Of a stretch of 64,000 nt of DNA, positions 1-11,070 are shown piece by piece. The DNA comes from Tissierellia bacterium (lineage in GTDB: Bacteria; Bacillota; Clostridia; Tissierellales; Tissierellaceae), in NCBI GenBank assembly GCA_028708575.1, contig JAQVYQ010000001.1:116-64115 (forward strand), in the 5' to 3' direction. Made by a program: the position numbers and the translations under genes. Position 1 is the stretch's first letter. Each line of letters starts with the position of its first letter. The notes under the pieces were generated by a model, which worked only from the letters and a program-made list of their open reading frames with translations, was not told the origin of the DNA and searched no databases.

Positions 1-287
1 TTTCAAATATTGTCTTTGAATGCGTTGATAAGGGCTTCTTTAAGGATGAACTCATAGAAGTTGTAATTAGACCTGAAGATATTGATATATTTCCAGCAGG
101 CCAAGGAAAATTAAAAGGAATAGTTGAATCTGTGACCTTTAAAGGTGTTCACTATGAAATGATTGTTAGAAGCAATGAGATGAAATGGAAGATACATTCT
201 ACTATAATGAAAGAAGTAGGTACTGAAATTGGTATGGATATTTTGCCTGAAAATATACACATTATGAAGAAGGTGATAGAAGAATGA
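1..287 (+). CDS. potA: Spermidine/putrescine ABC transporter ATP-binding subunit, C-terminal part (5' truncated by window)
   Basis: Open frame from nt 3 (SNIVFECVDKG...VIRPEDI...TFKGVHYEM...) ends at TGA 285-287 overlapping the potB ATG; TOBE-like tail; precedes potBCD. Confidence 0.9.
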   Translation, partial: SNIVFECVDKGFFKDELIEVVIRPEDIDIFPAGQGKLKGIVESVTFKGVHYEMIVRSNEMKWKIHSTIMKEVGTEIGMDILPENIHIMKKVIEE

Positions 288-1126
288 AGCTTAAGAAATT
301 TACCTTTCCATATATTATTTGGTTGACAATATTCATAGTAATACCTTTGTTTTTAGTATTATTATATGCTTTCACAATAGGTGATAGTAAAGACATTTCA
401 ACCTTCCAATTTAGTCTAAATAATCTAGAAAGATTTTTTTCTTCACCTGTGTATATTCAAGTATTGTTAAGATCTGTAAGGCTAGCATTCATTTCTACAG
501 TTATATGTTTGCTAATCGGATATCCAATTGCATACATAATATCAAGAGAAAATCCTAAAAAGAGAAATACAATGATTTTAATGTTTGTCATTCCAATGTG
601 GATGAACTTTTTATTAAGGACATATGCTTGGTTGACTCTATTAGGTAGAAATGGGATTATAAATATAATCATAACTAAATTGGGATTTCAACAAATTAAT
701 TTTCTATATAATGATAATGCAGTACTATTAGGAATGGTATATAATTTTTTACCTTTTATGGTATTACCTATCTTCTCAATACTTACAAAAATGAATATAA
801 ACTTAATTGAAGCGGCTGAAGATTTAGGTGCTGATAAGACAACTACATTTAAAAAAGTAATATTTCCTTTAAGTTTGCCTGGAGTAATGACTGGAGTATC
901 AATGGTATTTATACCAGCAGTAAGTACATTTATAATATCAAGCTTATTAGGTGGAAATAAATCAAGTTTAATAGGCAATCTTATTGAGCAACAGTTCATG
1001 TATACTGGAGATTGGCATTTCGGTTCTACTATGTCAATTATATTAATGGTATTTATATTGATATCAATGGCTGTAACTTCTAGATTTGATAAGCAAAAAG
1101 AAGGAGAGGGTGGAGGTCTATGGTAG
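284..1126 (+). CDS. potB: Spermidine/putrescine ABC transporter permease
   Basis: Multi-TM, EAA loop (LIEAAEDLGA), WMNFLLRTYAW motif, operon context. Confidence 0.93.
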   Translation: MKLKKFTFPYIIWLTIFIVIPLFLVLLYAFTIGDSKDISTFQFSLNNLERFFSSPVYIQVLLRSVRLAFISTVICLLIGYPIAYIISRENPKKRNTMILMFVIPMWMNFLLRTYAWLTLLGRNGIINIIITKLGFQQINFLYNDNAVLLGMVYNFLPFMVLPIFSILTKMNINLIEAAEDLGADKTTTFKKVIFPLSLPGVMTGVSMVFIPAVSTFIISSLLGGNKSSLIGNLIEQQFMYTGDWHFGSTMSIILMVFILISMAVTSRFDKQKEGEGGGLW

Positions 1127-1902
1127 ATAGAATAATAAAAAAACTATATACTTTTACGATATTTTTATTTTTGTACGCCCCAATTATTATTCTGATAATA
1201 TTCTCCTTTAATAATTCGAAATCTAGAGGAACTTGGGATGGCTTTACTCTTAAATGGTATGTGGAATTGTTTCAAGATAGACAGGTTTTAAAAGCATTCT
1301 ACAATACTCTTTTGATTGCTATATCATCATCAATTATATCTACAATAATAGGTACTGTTGCAGCAATAGGAATTCACTATATGAATGGTTTTAGCAAAAA
1401 AGCTATTTTAAATCTAAACTATTTGCCCGTTCTAAATCCTGATATTGTAACAGCTGTATCACTAATGACATTGTATAGAATGTTAAAAATAGATTTTGGG
1501 TTACTTACAATGCTATTATCACATATTACATTTTGTGTTCCATATGTAATATTGTCTATATTGCCTAAGCTTAAGCAGATGAACAAACATCTGCCAGAAG
1601 CAGCAATGGACTTAGGGGCTACTCCTATGTATGCTTTAAGAAAAGTAGTATTGCCAGAAATTATGCCAGGTATAGTAACAGGGGCTTTAATGGCGTTTAC
1701 TTTATCAATTGATGACTTCGTTATTAGCTTTTTTAACACAGGACATGGAGTATCAAATTTGAGTATTACAATATTCTCAATGGCAAGAAGAGGTATAAAT
1801 CCAGTCATTAATGCATTATCTACTTTGATGTTTGGTGCAATGATGATTTTATTGTTGATAATTAATAAAAGAACAGATAAGACTATTAAAGAAAGAGGGT
1901 AG
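1120..1902 (+). CDS. potC: Spermidine/putrescine ABC transporter permease
   Basis: EAAMDLGA loop, FTLSIDDFVIS motif, overlaps potB. Confidence 0.93.
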   Translation: MVDRIIKKLYTFTIFLFLYAPIIILIIFSFNNSKSRGTWDGFTLKWYVELFQDRQVLKAFYNTLLIAISSSIISTIIGTVAAIGIHYMNGFSKKAILNLNYLPVLNPDIVTAVSLMTLYRMLKIDFGLLTMLLSHITFCVPYVILSILPKLKQMNKHLPEAAMDLGATPMYALRKVVLPEIMPGIVTGALMAFTLSIDDFVISFFNTGHGVSNLSITIFSMARRGINPVINALSTLMFGAMMILLLIINKRTDKTIKERG

Positions 1903-1905
1903 GAA

Positions 1906-2949
1906 ATGAGAAAAAATAGATTAATCGCATTAGTACTTGTAGTTCTATCTATTTCCATAATTATTGCTGGATGCAGTGAAGATAAACCAAAGGTAAATGT
2001 CTACAACTGGGGGGATTATATAGATGTTGATGTATTATCAATGTTTGAAGAAGAATATGGCATTGAAGTAGTTTATGATACATTCGCAACAAATGAGGAC
2101 TTATATGTAAAGTTATCACAAGGCGGAAGCAGTTTTGATGTTATTTTTCCCTCTGATTATATGATTGAAAGAATGATAAGAGAAGATCTCTTAGTAAAAA
2201 TAAATAAAGATAATATACCTAATTTACAAAAAGTAGACGACCAGTTTTTAAACCATTCATATGATCAGAATAACGAATATTCAGTTCCTTATATGTGGGG
2301 TACGGTAGGAATAATATATAATACATCAATGATAGATGAATATCCAGATAGCTGGGCAGACCTATGGGATGAAATATATGAGGGACAAATCATAATGTAT
2401 AATAGCCAAAGGGATACATTAGCTGTAGCCCTAAGAAAATTAGGGTATTCTCTAAATAGTAGAGATGAAAGGGAACTAGAAGAAGCAAAAGTAGAGCTAA
2501 TAAAACAAAAGCCATTAGTATATGCATATATGGGTGATGAAATAAAGGATGCAATGATAAGTGGTGAAGCTGCCATAGGAGTAGTATATTCTGGAGATGC
2601 AGTATATATGAAGTGGGAAAATCCGGATTTAGAATATGTTATACCTGAAGAAGGAACAAATCTATGGTTTGATGCTATGGTTGTACCTAAGAATGCGCAA
2701 AACAAAGATGCTGCTGAAAAGTTCATTGACTTTATGACAAGACCTGACATAGCAGCTAAAAATGCTGAATATATTGGTTATTCATCTCCAATTCCTGAAG
2801 CAGTAGAACTATTAGATGAGGAAGTACAAAATGATCCTGTTTCGTATCCAACTTATGAAGAAATTGAAAATACAGAAATATTTAATGATGTTGCAGATGT
2901 TATTCAAATTTATGATAGAATTTGGACTGAAATAATGAGTGCGGAATAA
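1906..2949 (+). CDS. potD: Spermidine/putrescine-binding lipoprotein
   Basis: Lipobox IIAGC; VYNWGDYID, PSDYMI, PYMWGTVG, EGTNLWFD motifs. Confidence 0.93.
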   Translation: MRKNRLIALVLVVLSISIIIAGCSEDKPKVNVYNWGDYIDVDVLSMFEEEYGIEVVYDTFATNEDLYVKLSQGGSSFDVIFPSDYMIERMIREDLLVKINKDNIPNLQKVDDQFLNHSYDQNNEYSVPYMWGTVGIIYNTSMIDEYPDSWADLWDEIYEGQIIMYNSQRDTLAVALRKLGYSLNSRDERELEEAKVELIKQKPLVYAYMGDEIKDAMISGEAAIGVVYSGDAVYMKWENPDLEYVIPEEGTNLWFDAMVVPKNAQNKDAAEKFIDFMTRPDIAAKNAEYIGYSSPIPEAVELLDEEVQNDPVSYPTYEEIENTEIFNDVADVIQIYDRIWTEIMSAE

Positions 2950-2952
2950 TAA

Positions 2953-2981
2953 AAAAAACCTCAATTTAATTTGGAGTTTTT
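2953..2981 (+). terminator. Probable intrinsic terminator after potD
   Basis: Imperfect hairpin AAAAACCTCAA-tttaat-TTGGAGTTTTT directly after the stop. Confidence 0.5.
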
Positions 2982-3008
2982 GTCATTTAGGGGTAGTATA
3001 TATATAAA
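2980..3008 (+). promoter_or_regulatory. sigmaA-type promoter of the beta-CASP gene
   Basis: TTGTCA-N17-TATAAA. Confidence 0.55.
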
Positions 3009-3054
3009 GTGTATTTTATAAATGTTAATACGAAAAGACTAGGGGGACGATGCT

Positions 3055-4683
3055 ATGGATATTCAATTTTTTGGCTCGGCAAAAATGGTTACTGGTTCTA
3101 ATTTTTTAATTACTACTGATAAATCTAAGATATTAGTAGATTGCGGAATGTTTCAAGGAAGTAATGAAATAGAGAAGATGAATTTCTTGGATTTTCCATT
3201 TGATCCTAAAGAGATAAATTTCTTGATTTTAACTCATTCCCATATAGACCATAGTGGTAGAATACCAAAATTAGTCAAAGATGGATTTAGAGGGAGAATT
3301 ATAAGTACAAAAGCAACTCGAGATTTATGTGAAATAATGCTTAAAGATAGTGCAAATATACAAGAGTCTGATGCACGTTGGGAAAACAAAAAAAGAATTA
3401 GGGCAGGATTACCTGAAGTTGAACCATTATATACAACTGCAGATGCAGAAGCTAGTTTAAAGTATTTTGAGCCTTATTATTATAATCAAGATATAAATAT
3501 AGGTGATGATATTTCTATACGATTTAAGGACGCTGGACATATACTAGGTTCATCTATACTAGAGTTATGGGTTAAAGAAGGTGTAAGCAATACTAAAATT
3601 GTTTTTTCTGGAGATTTAGGAATGCCAGGAAGACCTATCATAAATAATCCTGAATTTATTGAAGATGCAGACTATGTAATTATGGAGTCTACATATGGCG
3701 ATACTATACATGAACCATTTGAAGAGAGTACAAAAGAATTAATTGAAATAATAAACAGAACAGCTTTAAGAGGTGGTACTGTTCTTATTCCCTCCTTTGC
3801 TATTGGAAGAACACAAGAATTGATTCATGAACTTAACAAATATTATGAATACAATGATGTTGAAGAATATATGAAAATTCCAATATATGTGGATAGTCCA
3901 CTTGGTGTAAGTGCAACAGAAGTATTTGTAAAGAATTCCTATGACTTTAATAAAGAAACTAGAGAAATGATTTTAAAAGGAGATAATCCTTTTACATTTA
4001 GTAATTTGAGATATATAAAAAGTCAGGAAGAATCAATATTATTGAATAAAGCTAATTACCCTAAAGTAATAATATCCTCAAGTGGAATGGCTACAGCAGG
4101 TAGAATAAGGCATCATCTTAAACATAATTTGTGGAATCCATTAAATAGTTTAATCTTTATTGGATATCAAGCAGAAGGATCCTTAGGAAGAATACTACTA
4201 AATGGAGCTAAAAAAGTAAAATTATTAGGTGAAGAAATAAATGTTGCACTAGAAATATATGATTTAGAAGGATTTTCTGCCCATGCAGATCAAAAAATGT
4301 TGATTAAGTGGTTGTCTAGATTTAGTAAAAAGCCAAAAAAAGTATTTTTAGTACATGGAGAAGAAGAATCATCAAAAGCCCTATCAGATATTATTGAAAA
4401 CGAGTTAAATATTGAGACAATTATCCCAAGTATTGGTGATAAAATAAATATAGAAAAAGACTACGTAGAAATGTGGAAGAGTACAAACATGAGTTCTCTT
4501 AAATTAAAAGAAGATATTGAAAATGAACTAGGAAATGTATATAATAAATTTGATGCTTTATTTAATAGAACTGACGATATATATGATGATAAAGTATTGG
4601 AGAAAAACTACCATAGTTTAAAAAACAAACTTATTGAGATTCAAGGACAATTAATGGATCTTAATATCTTAATAAGTAAATAA
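3055..4683 (+). CDS. MBL-fold metallo-hydrolase with beta-CASP/RNA-specificity domain (putative ribonuclease)
   Basis: THSHIDHSG, DAGHILGS, FSGDLG, MESTYGD, FSAHAD, VHGE motifs. Confidence 0.9.
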   Translation: MDIQFFGSAKMVTGSNFLITTDKSKILVDCGMFQGSNEIEKMNFLDFPFDPKEINFLILTHSHIDHSGRIPKLVKDGFRGRIISTKATRDLCEIMLKDSANIQESDARWENKKRIRAGLPEVEPLYTTADAEASLKYFEPYYYNQDINIGDDISIRFKDAGHILGSSILELWVKEGVSNTKIVFSGDLGMPGRPIINNPEFIEDADYVIMESTYGDTIHEPFEESTKELIEIINRTALRGGTVLIPSFAIGRTQELIHELNKYYEYNDVEEYMKIPIYVDSPLGVSATEVFVKNSYDFNKETREMILKGDNPFTFSNLRYIKSQEESILLNKANYPKVIISSSGMATAGRIRHHLKHNLWNPLNSLIFIGYQAEGSLGRILLNGAKKVKLLGEEINVALEIYDLEGFSAHADQKMLIKWLSRFSKKPKKVFLVHGEEESSKALSDIIENELNIETIIPSIGDKINIEKDYVEMWKSTNMSSLKLKEDIENELGNVYNKFDALFNRTDDIYDDKVLEKNYHSLKNKLIEIQGQLMDLNILISK

Positions 4684-4907
4684 TTAACATATTAAAACAA
4701 TAAATTTGGGGGTGATAGATTTGATGGTTTTAGTTTTAGTGAAAACGTATTCAAGTTTATTATGAAAAACTTTCAATAAATTAATATTCCATTTATTTGA
4801 AAGTGTATTTTTGAACGTTTTAATAATCAGAATATTCTGAAAAATGACATGAATGCTTCTCGATGGTTTCAATACGAAAAAAATCCTTTAATTATCAGAT
4901 TTTATTG

Positions 4908-4935
4908 TTGAATTTATTGAAATGTATGTTATTAT
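4908..4935 (+). promoter_or_regulatory. Probable sigmaA promoter of the glutamate mutase operon
   Basis: TTGAAT-N16-TATTAT with extended -10 TG. Confidence 0.45.
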
Positions 4936-5009
4936 TGTATTAGGTAAAGATATATATTTCACATATCTATTATATTTAAATATTTATTAAAATCCAGGAG
5001 GTTGTAAAT

Positions 5010-5426
5010 GTGGAAAAAAAGAAAATAGTATTAGGAGTAATAGGCTCGGATTGCCATGCTGTAGGCAATAAAATTTTAGATTATTCCCTTACAGACGCAG
5101 GATTCAAAGTAGTAAATATAGGTGTATTGTCACCACAAGAAGACTTCATAAATGCAGCTTTAGAAACTAGTGCAGAAGCAATATTTGTATCTTCTCTTTA
5201 TGGTCATGGAGAGATTGACTGCAAGGGATTAAGAGAAAAATGTGATGAAGCTGGACTAAACAATATTTTGTTATATGTTGGAGGAAATATTGTAGTTGGT
5301 AAGCAAGAATGGAAAGACGTTGAGAAAAGATTTTTAGATATGGGTTTTGATAGGGTATATCCACCAGGAACATCTGCTGAAAAAGGTATTAGCGACTTAC
5401 GAGAAGATTTAGGCAAAAGAGGATAG
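5010..5426 (+). CDS. glmS: Glutamate (methylaspartate) mutase S subunit, B12-binding
   Basis: DxHxxG motif (SDCHAVG), SSLYGHG, VGGN; GGAGG RBS; also named mutS/mamA. Confidence 0.96.
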   Translation: MEKKKIVLGVIGSDCHAVGNKILDYSLTDAGFKVVNIGVLSPQEDFINAALETSAEAIFVSSLYGHGEIDCKGLREKCDEAGLNNILLYVGGNIVVGKQEWKDVEKRFLDMGFDRVYPPGTSAEKGISDLREDLGKRG

Positions 5427-5432
5427 GGTGAT

Positions 5433-6818
5433 ATGATGGATGCATATCTTTTTATAGACTTTGGCAGTACGTTTACCAAACTTACACTAGTGGATATAGA
5501 AAGAGAAGAAATTATTGCAACTGAAAAGGCTTATACAACAGTCGAAACTGATGTTACTATTGGATATGATAAAGCTTTAAAAAAGCTTAAAGAAAAGGTA
5601 GCGGTTGAGTATAATATTACAAATAAGTTAGCATGTTCATCTGCTGCTGGTGGATTAAAAATAATTGCTATAGGATTTGTTCCAGAACTCACTTCTGAAG
5701 CTGCTAAAAGAGCAGCATTAGGTGCGGGAGCAAAAGTAATAAAGACATATAGTTTCAAACTCAATGAATCTGAATTAGAAGAGATTAAAAATTCTAATGC
5801 AGATATAATATTACTTTCTGGTGGAACAGATGGCGGTAACAGTGAAACAATAATTCATAATGCAGAGATGATTAATAAATTCAATCTAAAGATACCAGTA
5901 GTAGTTGCAGGAAACAAAAGTTGTGATGATGAAATAAAAAGTATATTCGGTGATAATATTGAATATCATATCACAGAAAATACAATGCCAAATCTAAATC
6001 ATATAAATGTTGATCCGGCGAGAGAAACCATTAGAAATATATTTATGGAAAAAATTGTACATGCTAAGGGCATGGAAAATGTAGAAGATTCAATTTCTGG
6101 AATATTAATGCCTACACCAGCATCTGTTTTAAAGGCCGCGGAAGTTTTGTCTATGGGTTCAAGAGATGAAGAAGGTATAGGCGATCTAGCAGTTCTAGAT
6201 ATTGGTGGAGCAACCACTGATGTCCACTCAATTGCAGATGGGCATCCAACTAATGCTGGAATATTCTTGAGAGGACTAGAAGAACCTCATTCTAAAAGAA
6301 CTGTCGAAGGAGACTTAGGAATGAGATATTCTGCCATATCAGTATTTGAAGCCGCTGGAGCAAAAACTATAAAGAAATATTTAAAATATGATGATTTGGA
6401 TATTGAAGAAGAAGTTAATAATAGAAATACAAATACAAGTTTTGTTGCTATTGATGAAAAAGAAATAGATTTCGATGAGGCTATGGCAAAAGTCTGTGCA
6501 AATATTTCTATGAAAAGACATGCTGGTTTTTTAGACACTGTATATTCTCCTCTTGGAAATATCCATACCCAAGAAGGGAAAGATTTAATGAAATTACCAT
6601 ATTTACTTGGAACAGGTGGGGTAATTGTAAACAGTAGAAATCCTAAAGATATTCTTTCAGCAGCAACATTTACAATGGAAGACCCTACATCTTTAAAGCC
6701 AAGGGAACCAAAAATTTTGCTTGATAAAGAGTATATATTATCAGCTATGGGGCTACTCGCAATGGTTAATGCCAATATGGCTGTTCGGATGTTAAAAAAA
6801 TATATTGTTGAAATATAG
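5433..6818 (+). CDS. glmL: Glutamate mutase accessory/reactivating protein GlmL (MutL)
   Basis: [39 protein letters not shown] motifs; between S and E subunits. Confidence 0.95.
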   Translation: MMDAYLFIDFGSTFTKLTLVDIEREEIIATEKAYTTVETDVTIGYDKALKKLKEKVAVEYNITNKLACSSAAGGLKIIAIGFVPELTSEAAKRAALGAGAKVIKTYSFKLNESELEEIKNSNADIILLSGGTDGGNSETIIHNAEMINKFNLKIPVVVAGNKSCDDEIKSIFGDNIEYHITENTMPNLNHINVDPARETIRNIFMEKIVHAKGMENVEDSISGILMPTPASVLKAAEVLSMGSRDEEGIGDLAVLDIGGATTDVHSIADGHPTNAGIFLRGLEEPHSKRTVEGDLGMRYSAISVFEAAGAKTIKKYLKYDDLDIEEEVNNRNTNTSFVAIDEKEIDFDEAMAKVCANISMKRHAGFLDTVYSPLGNIHTQEGKDLMKLPYLLGTGGVIVNSRNPKDILSAATFTMEDPTSLKPREPKILLDKEYILSAMGLLAMVNANMAVRMLKKYIVEI

Positions 6819-6829
6819 GAGGAGAATTC

Positions 6830-8278
6830 ATGAATTTAAAGAATAAAAGAATTTCTGATGAAGATTTTTTTAAAGAAAGAGAAGAGGTGTTGGTTGGCTG
6901 GCCAACAGGAAAAGAAGTAGATCTTCAAGAAGCAGTAGATTATTTAAAAAAAGTTCCAGTGGAAAAGAACTTTGCTAAAGTATTAGAAAATGCAAAGAAT
7001 GCTGGAATTACATTAGCTCAACCAAGAGCAGGTGTACCTTTGATAGATAAGCATATTGAATTATTAAATCACTTATCTAAAGAGGGTGGAGCAGATCTTT
7101 TACCTTCAACAATAGATGCATATTCAAGATTAAATAGATATGCTGAATGTCAAGTTGGTATAGATGAATCCATCAAAGCAGGCAGAGCAATGATGAATGG
7201 ATTTCCAGCAGTTAACCACGGCGTAAAAGGATGTAGAGAAGTATATGAAAGTGTAGATAAACCATTACAAGCAAGACATGGTACTCCAGATTCTAGACTT
7301 TTAGCTGAAATAATCCACGCTGGTGGTTGGACTTCAAACGAAGGTGGCGGAATTTCTTATAATGTTCCATATGCAAAAGATGTATCTATTGAAAAATCAC
7401 TTTCTGACTGGATGTATTGTGATAGACTTGTTGGATTCTACGCAGAGCAAGGTATTATCATAAACAGAGAACCATTTGGACCATTAACTGGTACATTAGT
7501 ACCTCCATCAATGGCAATTGTAACAGGAATTATTGAAGCACTTTTAGCTGCTGAACAAGGAGTAAAGAGTATTACTGTAGGTTTCGGACAATGTGGAAAT
7601 CTTGTTCAAGACGTTGCTGCTATAAGAGCTCTAGAAGAATTAACAGAAGAATACTTAAAAGAATATGGATATGATGATGTTGTTGTAACAACAGTATTCC
7701 ATCAATGGATGGGAGGATTCCCAGAAGATGAGGCAAAAGCATTTGGCGTTATTTCCTTTGGTTCAGCTACTGCAGCATTAGCAGGAGCAACAAAGGTTAT
7801 TGTTAAGACTCCTCATGAAGCTATAGGAATACCTACTAAGGAAGCAAATGCTTCTGGTATAAAAGCTACTAAAATGGTATTAAACATGTTAGAAGGTCAA
7901 AGATTACCATCAAGTAAAGCGTTAGAAGCTGAAATAGAAATGATTAAAGCAGAGACAAAATGTATTATGGATAAAACATTTGAACTTGGTAATGGTGATT
8001 TAATTGTAGGTACAGTTAAAGGATTTGAAACTGGTGTTATTGATATTCCATTTGCTCCATCAAAATACAATGCTGGTAAAATTATGCCTGCTAGAGATAA
8101 TAACGGAGCAGTTAGATATTTCATGACTGGTAATGTACCTTTTACTAAAGATATACTTGATTTCAATAAAGCAAAATTAGAAGAAAGGGCAAAATTTGAG
8201 AAGAGAGAAATAAGCTTCCAAATGACAATAGATGATATTTTTGCCGTAGGTAAAGGAAAACTTATAGGAAGACCGTAG
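6830..8278 (+). CDS. glmE: Glutamate mutase E (epsilon) subunit
   Basis: [44 protein letters not shown] motifs. Confidence 0.97.
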   Translation: MNLKNKRISDEDFFKEREEVLVGWPTGKEVDLQEAVDYLKKVPVEKNFAKVLENAKNAGITLAQPRAGVPLIDKHIELLNHLSKEGGADLLPSTIDAYSRLNRYAECQVGIDESIKAGRAMMNGFPAVNHGVKGCREVYESVDKPLQARHGTPDSRLLAEIIHAGGWTSNEGGGISYNVPYAKDVSIEKSLSDWMYCDRLVGFYAEQGIIINREPFGPLTGTLVPPSMAIVTGIIEALLAAEQGVKSITVGFGQCGNLVQDVAAIRALEELTEEYLKEYGYDDVVVTTVFHQWMGGFPEDEAKAFGVISFGSATAALAGATKVIVKTPHEAIGIPTKEANASGIKATKMVLNMLEGQRLPSSKALEAEIEMIKAETKCIMDKTFELGNGDLIVGTVKGFETGVIDIPFAPSKYNAGKIMPARDNNGAVRYFMTGNVPFTKDILDFNKAKLEERAKFEKREISFQMTIDDIFAVGKGKLIGRP

Positions 8279-8316
8279 TTAAAGAAAAATCATTGAAAAA
8301 ATCGGAGGTAATGTAA

Positions 8317-9564
8317 ATGAAAATTGTTGATTTAGTATGTTCTGAAGGAAAAACAGGTTTTTATTTTGATGACCAAAAGGCTATCAAAGCTGGTGCTAAA
8401 CATGATGGATTATTTTATCTTGGTGAACCACAATTAGAAGGTTTTACTTCTATTAGGCAAGCAGGAGAAAGTATTTCAGTTATGTTAATACTTGAAGATG
8501 GTCAAGTAGCTTATGGAGATTGTGCTGCAGTACAATACTCAGGAGCTGGCGGACGTGACCCATTATTCTTAGCTAAAGATTTTATTCCTGTTATTGAAAA
8601 TGACATCAAACCATTATTAATTGGTAGAGAACTTAATAGTTTTAAAGCATTAGCTGATGAATTTGATCACTTAGAAGTAAATGGTAAGAGATTACACACA
8701 GCTATTAGATATGGTATTACTCAAGCTTTATTAGATGCTGTAGCAAAAACAAAGAAAACAACTATGGCAGAAGTAGTAAGAGAAGAATATAACACAGGTG
8801 TTGAAATAAAAAGAATTCCTATATTTACTCAATCAGGTGATGATAGATATATTAACGCTGACAAGATGATAATCAAAAGTGCTGACGTATTACCTCACGG
8901 CTTATTCAACAGTGTTGAAGAAAAGTTAGGTTTTAAAGGTGAAAAGTTATTAGCTTATGTTGAATGGTTAAGAGACAGAGTAAAACAATATAAGACAACA
9001 GAAGATTACAACCCTATATTCCATATAGATGTTTATGGAACTATAGGAGATGCTTTTAACAATGATACTAAAGTTATGGCAGACTACTTAAAAACTCTTG
9101 AAGAAGCAGCTAAACCATATGCATTAAGAATAGAAGGACCTATGGATGTAGGAAATAGAGAAGGTCAAATTAAAGCAATGGCTGATTTAAGAGTAGAATT
9201 AGATACAAGAGGAATAAATGTAGAATTAGTTGCAGACGAATGGTGTAATACACTTCAAGATGTAAAAGATTTTACTGATAACAAAGCTGGTCATATGATT
9301 CAAATCAAAACTCCTGACCTAGGTGGAGTTAACAACACAATTGAAGCCGTTTTATATTGTAATGAAAAGGGTTTAGGAGCATATACTGGTGGTACTTGTA
9401 ATGAAACAAATAGAAGTGCTGAAATTTGCTGTAATATAGTATTAGCTTGTGGAGCAACTCAAGTACTTGCAAAACCAGGTATGGGTGTTGATGAAGGATA
9501 TATGTTAATCAATAATGAAATGAATAGAGTTGTAGCTTTAGCTAACAGAAATAAAGCTAACTAA
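8317..9564 (+). CDS. mal: Methylaspartate ammonia-lyase
   Basis: GDCAAVQYSGAGGRDP, HIDVYG, IEGPMD, VADEWCNT, GGTCNET, AKPGMG motifs. Confidence 0.97.
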   Translation: MKIVDLVCSEGKTGFYFDDQKAIKAGAKHDGLFYLGEPQLEGFTSIRQAGESISVMLILEDGQVAYGDCAAVQYSGAGGRDPLFLAKDFIPVIENDIKPLLIGRELNSFKALADEFDHLEVNGKRLHTAIRYGITQALLDAVAKTKKTTMAEVVREEYNTGVEIKRIPIFTQSGDDRYINADKMIIKSADVLPHGLFNSVEEKLGFKGEKLLAYVEWLRDRVKQYKTTEDYNPIFHIDVYGTIGDAFNNDTKVMADYLKTLEEAAKPYALRIEGPMDVGNREGQIKAMADLRVELDTRGINVELVADEWCNTLQDVKDFTDNKAGHMIQIKTPDLGGVNNTIEAVLYCNEKGLGAYTGGTCNETNRSAEICCNIVLACGATQVLAKPGMGVDEGYMLINNEMNRVVALANRNKAN

Positions 9565-9591
9565 TATTTTTATAGGAAGACAAAACATTGG

Positions 9592-9628
9592 AATCAGTGG
9601 GAAAGCAAATTTCCCTCTGATTTTGTTT
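9592..9628 (+). terminator. Intra-operon stem-loop between mal and the hydratase genes
   Basis: AATCAGTGGGAAA-gcaaa-TTTCCCTCTGATT (one mismatch) then TTGTTT. Confidence 0.55.
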
Positions 9629-9656
9629 AAGTAAAAAAATTAGAAGGAAGTGTGAA

Positions 9657-10499
9657 ATGAGAACTATAGACGCGAGTAAGATAACTTCTGAAGTTAAAAG
9701 AATGGTAATGGAAGCCAATTACTTTCTCCCTAAAGATGTAATGCAAGCTCTAAAAGATGCTCGGGAAAATGATGATTGGGAACTATCAAGAGATATACTT
9801 GATAAGATTATTGAAAACGCAAAAATTGCAAATGATGAAAATGTTCCTATGTGTCAAGATACAGGTATGGTAGTTGCATTTGTTAAAATTGGACAAGAAG
9901 TAATAATAGAAAATGGATTTATTGAAGATGCAATTAACGAAGGTGTAAGACAAGGTTATGAAGAAGGATTTTTAAGAAAATCCGTAGTAGGAGATCCATT
10001 AGATAGAGTTAATACTAAAGATAATACTCCAGCAGTAGTACACTATGAAGTAGTACCTGGAGATAAGTTAAATATAATGGTTGCTTCAAAAGGATTTGGC
10101 TCTGAAAACATGTCAAGACTTGCAATGCTTAAACCTTCTGATGGATTAGAAGGAGTAAAAAAATTCATATTAGAAACTGTTGAATTAGCTGGTCCGAATC
10201 CATGTCCTCCAATTGTTGTAGGCGTAGGTGTTGGCGGTACTTTTGACAAAGTAACACTTTTAGCTAAAAAAGCACTTATGAGGGAACTTGATAAATATAA
10301 TGAAAATTCTTTCTATGCTGATTTGGAAAAGGAAATGCTTGAAAAAATAAACGCACTAGGTATAGGACCACAAGGATTTGGTGGGAAAACAACTGCTTTA
10401 AAGGTAAACATTGAGTATTATCCAACACATATTGCTGGTTTACCTGTAGCTGTAAATATTAATTGCCATGCTACTAGGCATAAAGAAGTTACACTTTAG
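9657..10499 (+). CDS. Class I fumarate hydratase-like alpha subunit; probable mesaconase alpha by context
   Basis: CQDTG, KGFGSEN, PCPP, GGTFD, NCHATRH Fe-S hydro-lyase motifs; directly after mal. Confidence 0.9.
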   Translation: MRTIDASKITSEVKRMVMEANYFLPKDVMQALKDARENDDWELSRDILDKIIENAKIANDENVPMCQDTGMVVAFVKIGQEVIIENGFIEDAINEGVRQGYEEGFLRKSVVGDPLDRVNTKDNTPAVVHYEVVPGDKLNIMVASKGFGSENMSRLAMLKPSDGLEGVKKFILETVELAGPNPCPPIVVGVGVGGTFDKVTLLAKKALMRELDKYNENSFYADLEKEMLEKINALGIGPQGFGGKTTALKVNIEYYPTHIAGLPVAVNINCHATRHKEVTL

Positions 10500-10509
10500 G
10501 AGGGTTGAA

Positions 10510-11070
10510 ATGGATTATAAATTGAAAACACCGTTTACTAGAGAAGACTTAAAAGATTTAAAAGCGGGAGATAATGTTTATATTACTGGATATATGTACA
10601 CTGCAAGAGATGCAGCGCATAAAAGATTAGTTGATTTAATTGAACAAGGAAAGGAATTACCATTAGATGTTAAGGGAGCTTGTATATACTATGTAGGACC
10701 AGCTCCTGCAAAAGAAGGTCAAGCACTTGGTTCAGCTGGACCAACTACAAGTTATAGAATGGATGCTTATAGCCCACAATTATTGGATTTAGGATTAATG
10801 GGCATGGTTGGTAAAGGGAAAAGAGGACCAGAAGTAGTAGATAAGATTGTTGAACATGGGGCTGTATATTTTGCAGCTATCGGTGGTGCAGCAGCTTTAA
10901 TTGCAAAGTCAATTAAGACTGCTGAAATAATAGCTTATGAAGACTTGGGGGCAGAAGCTATTAGAAAAATTTATGCGGAAGATTTTCCAGCAACAGTAGT
11001 TATAGACTCAAAAGGAAACAATCTATACGAATTAGGTAGAAAGGAGTATCTAAATGGCAGTAATAAATAA
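10510..11070 (+). CDS. Class I fumarate hydratase-like beta subunit; probable mesaconase beta
   Basis: TARDAAHKR, AGPTTSYRMD, GKGKR, EDLGAEAI; ATG 10510 has the RBS. Confidence 0.9.
   Translation: MDYKLKTPFTREDLKDLKAGDNVYITGYMYTARDAAHKRLVDLIEQGKELPLDVKGACIYYVGPAPAKEGQALGSAGPTTSYRMDAYSPQLLDLGLMGMVGKGKRGPEVVDKIVEHGAVYFAAIGGAAALIAKSIKTAEIIAYEDLGAEAIRKIYAEDFPATVVIDSKGNNLYELGRKEYLNGSNK

Noticed and set aside
4684-5009. Cobalamin riboswitch expected before B12-dependent glutamate mutase
   Set aside because: No GGGAA, GCCACTG or B12-box elements; region is very AT-rich
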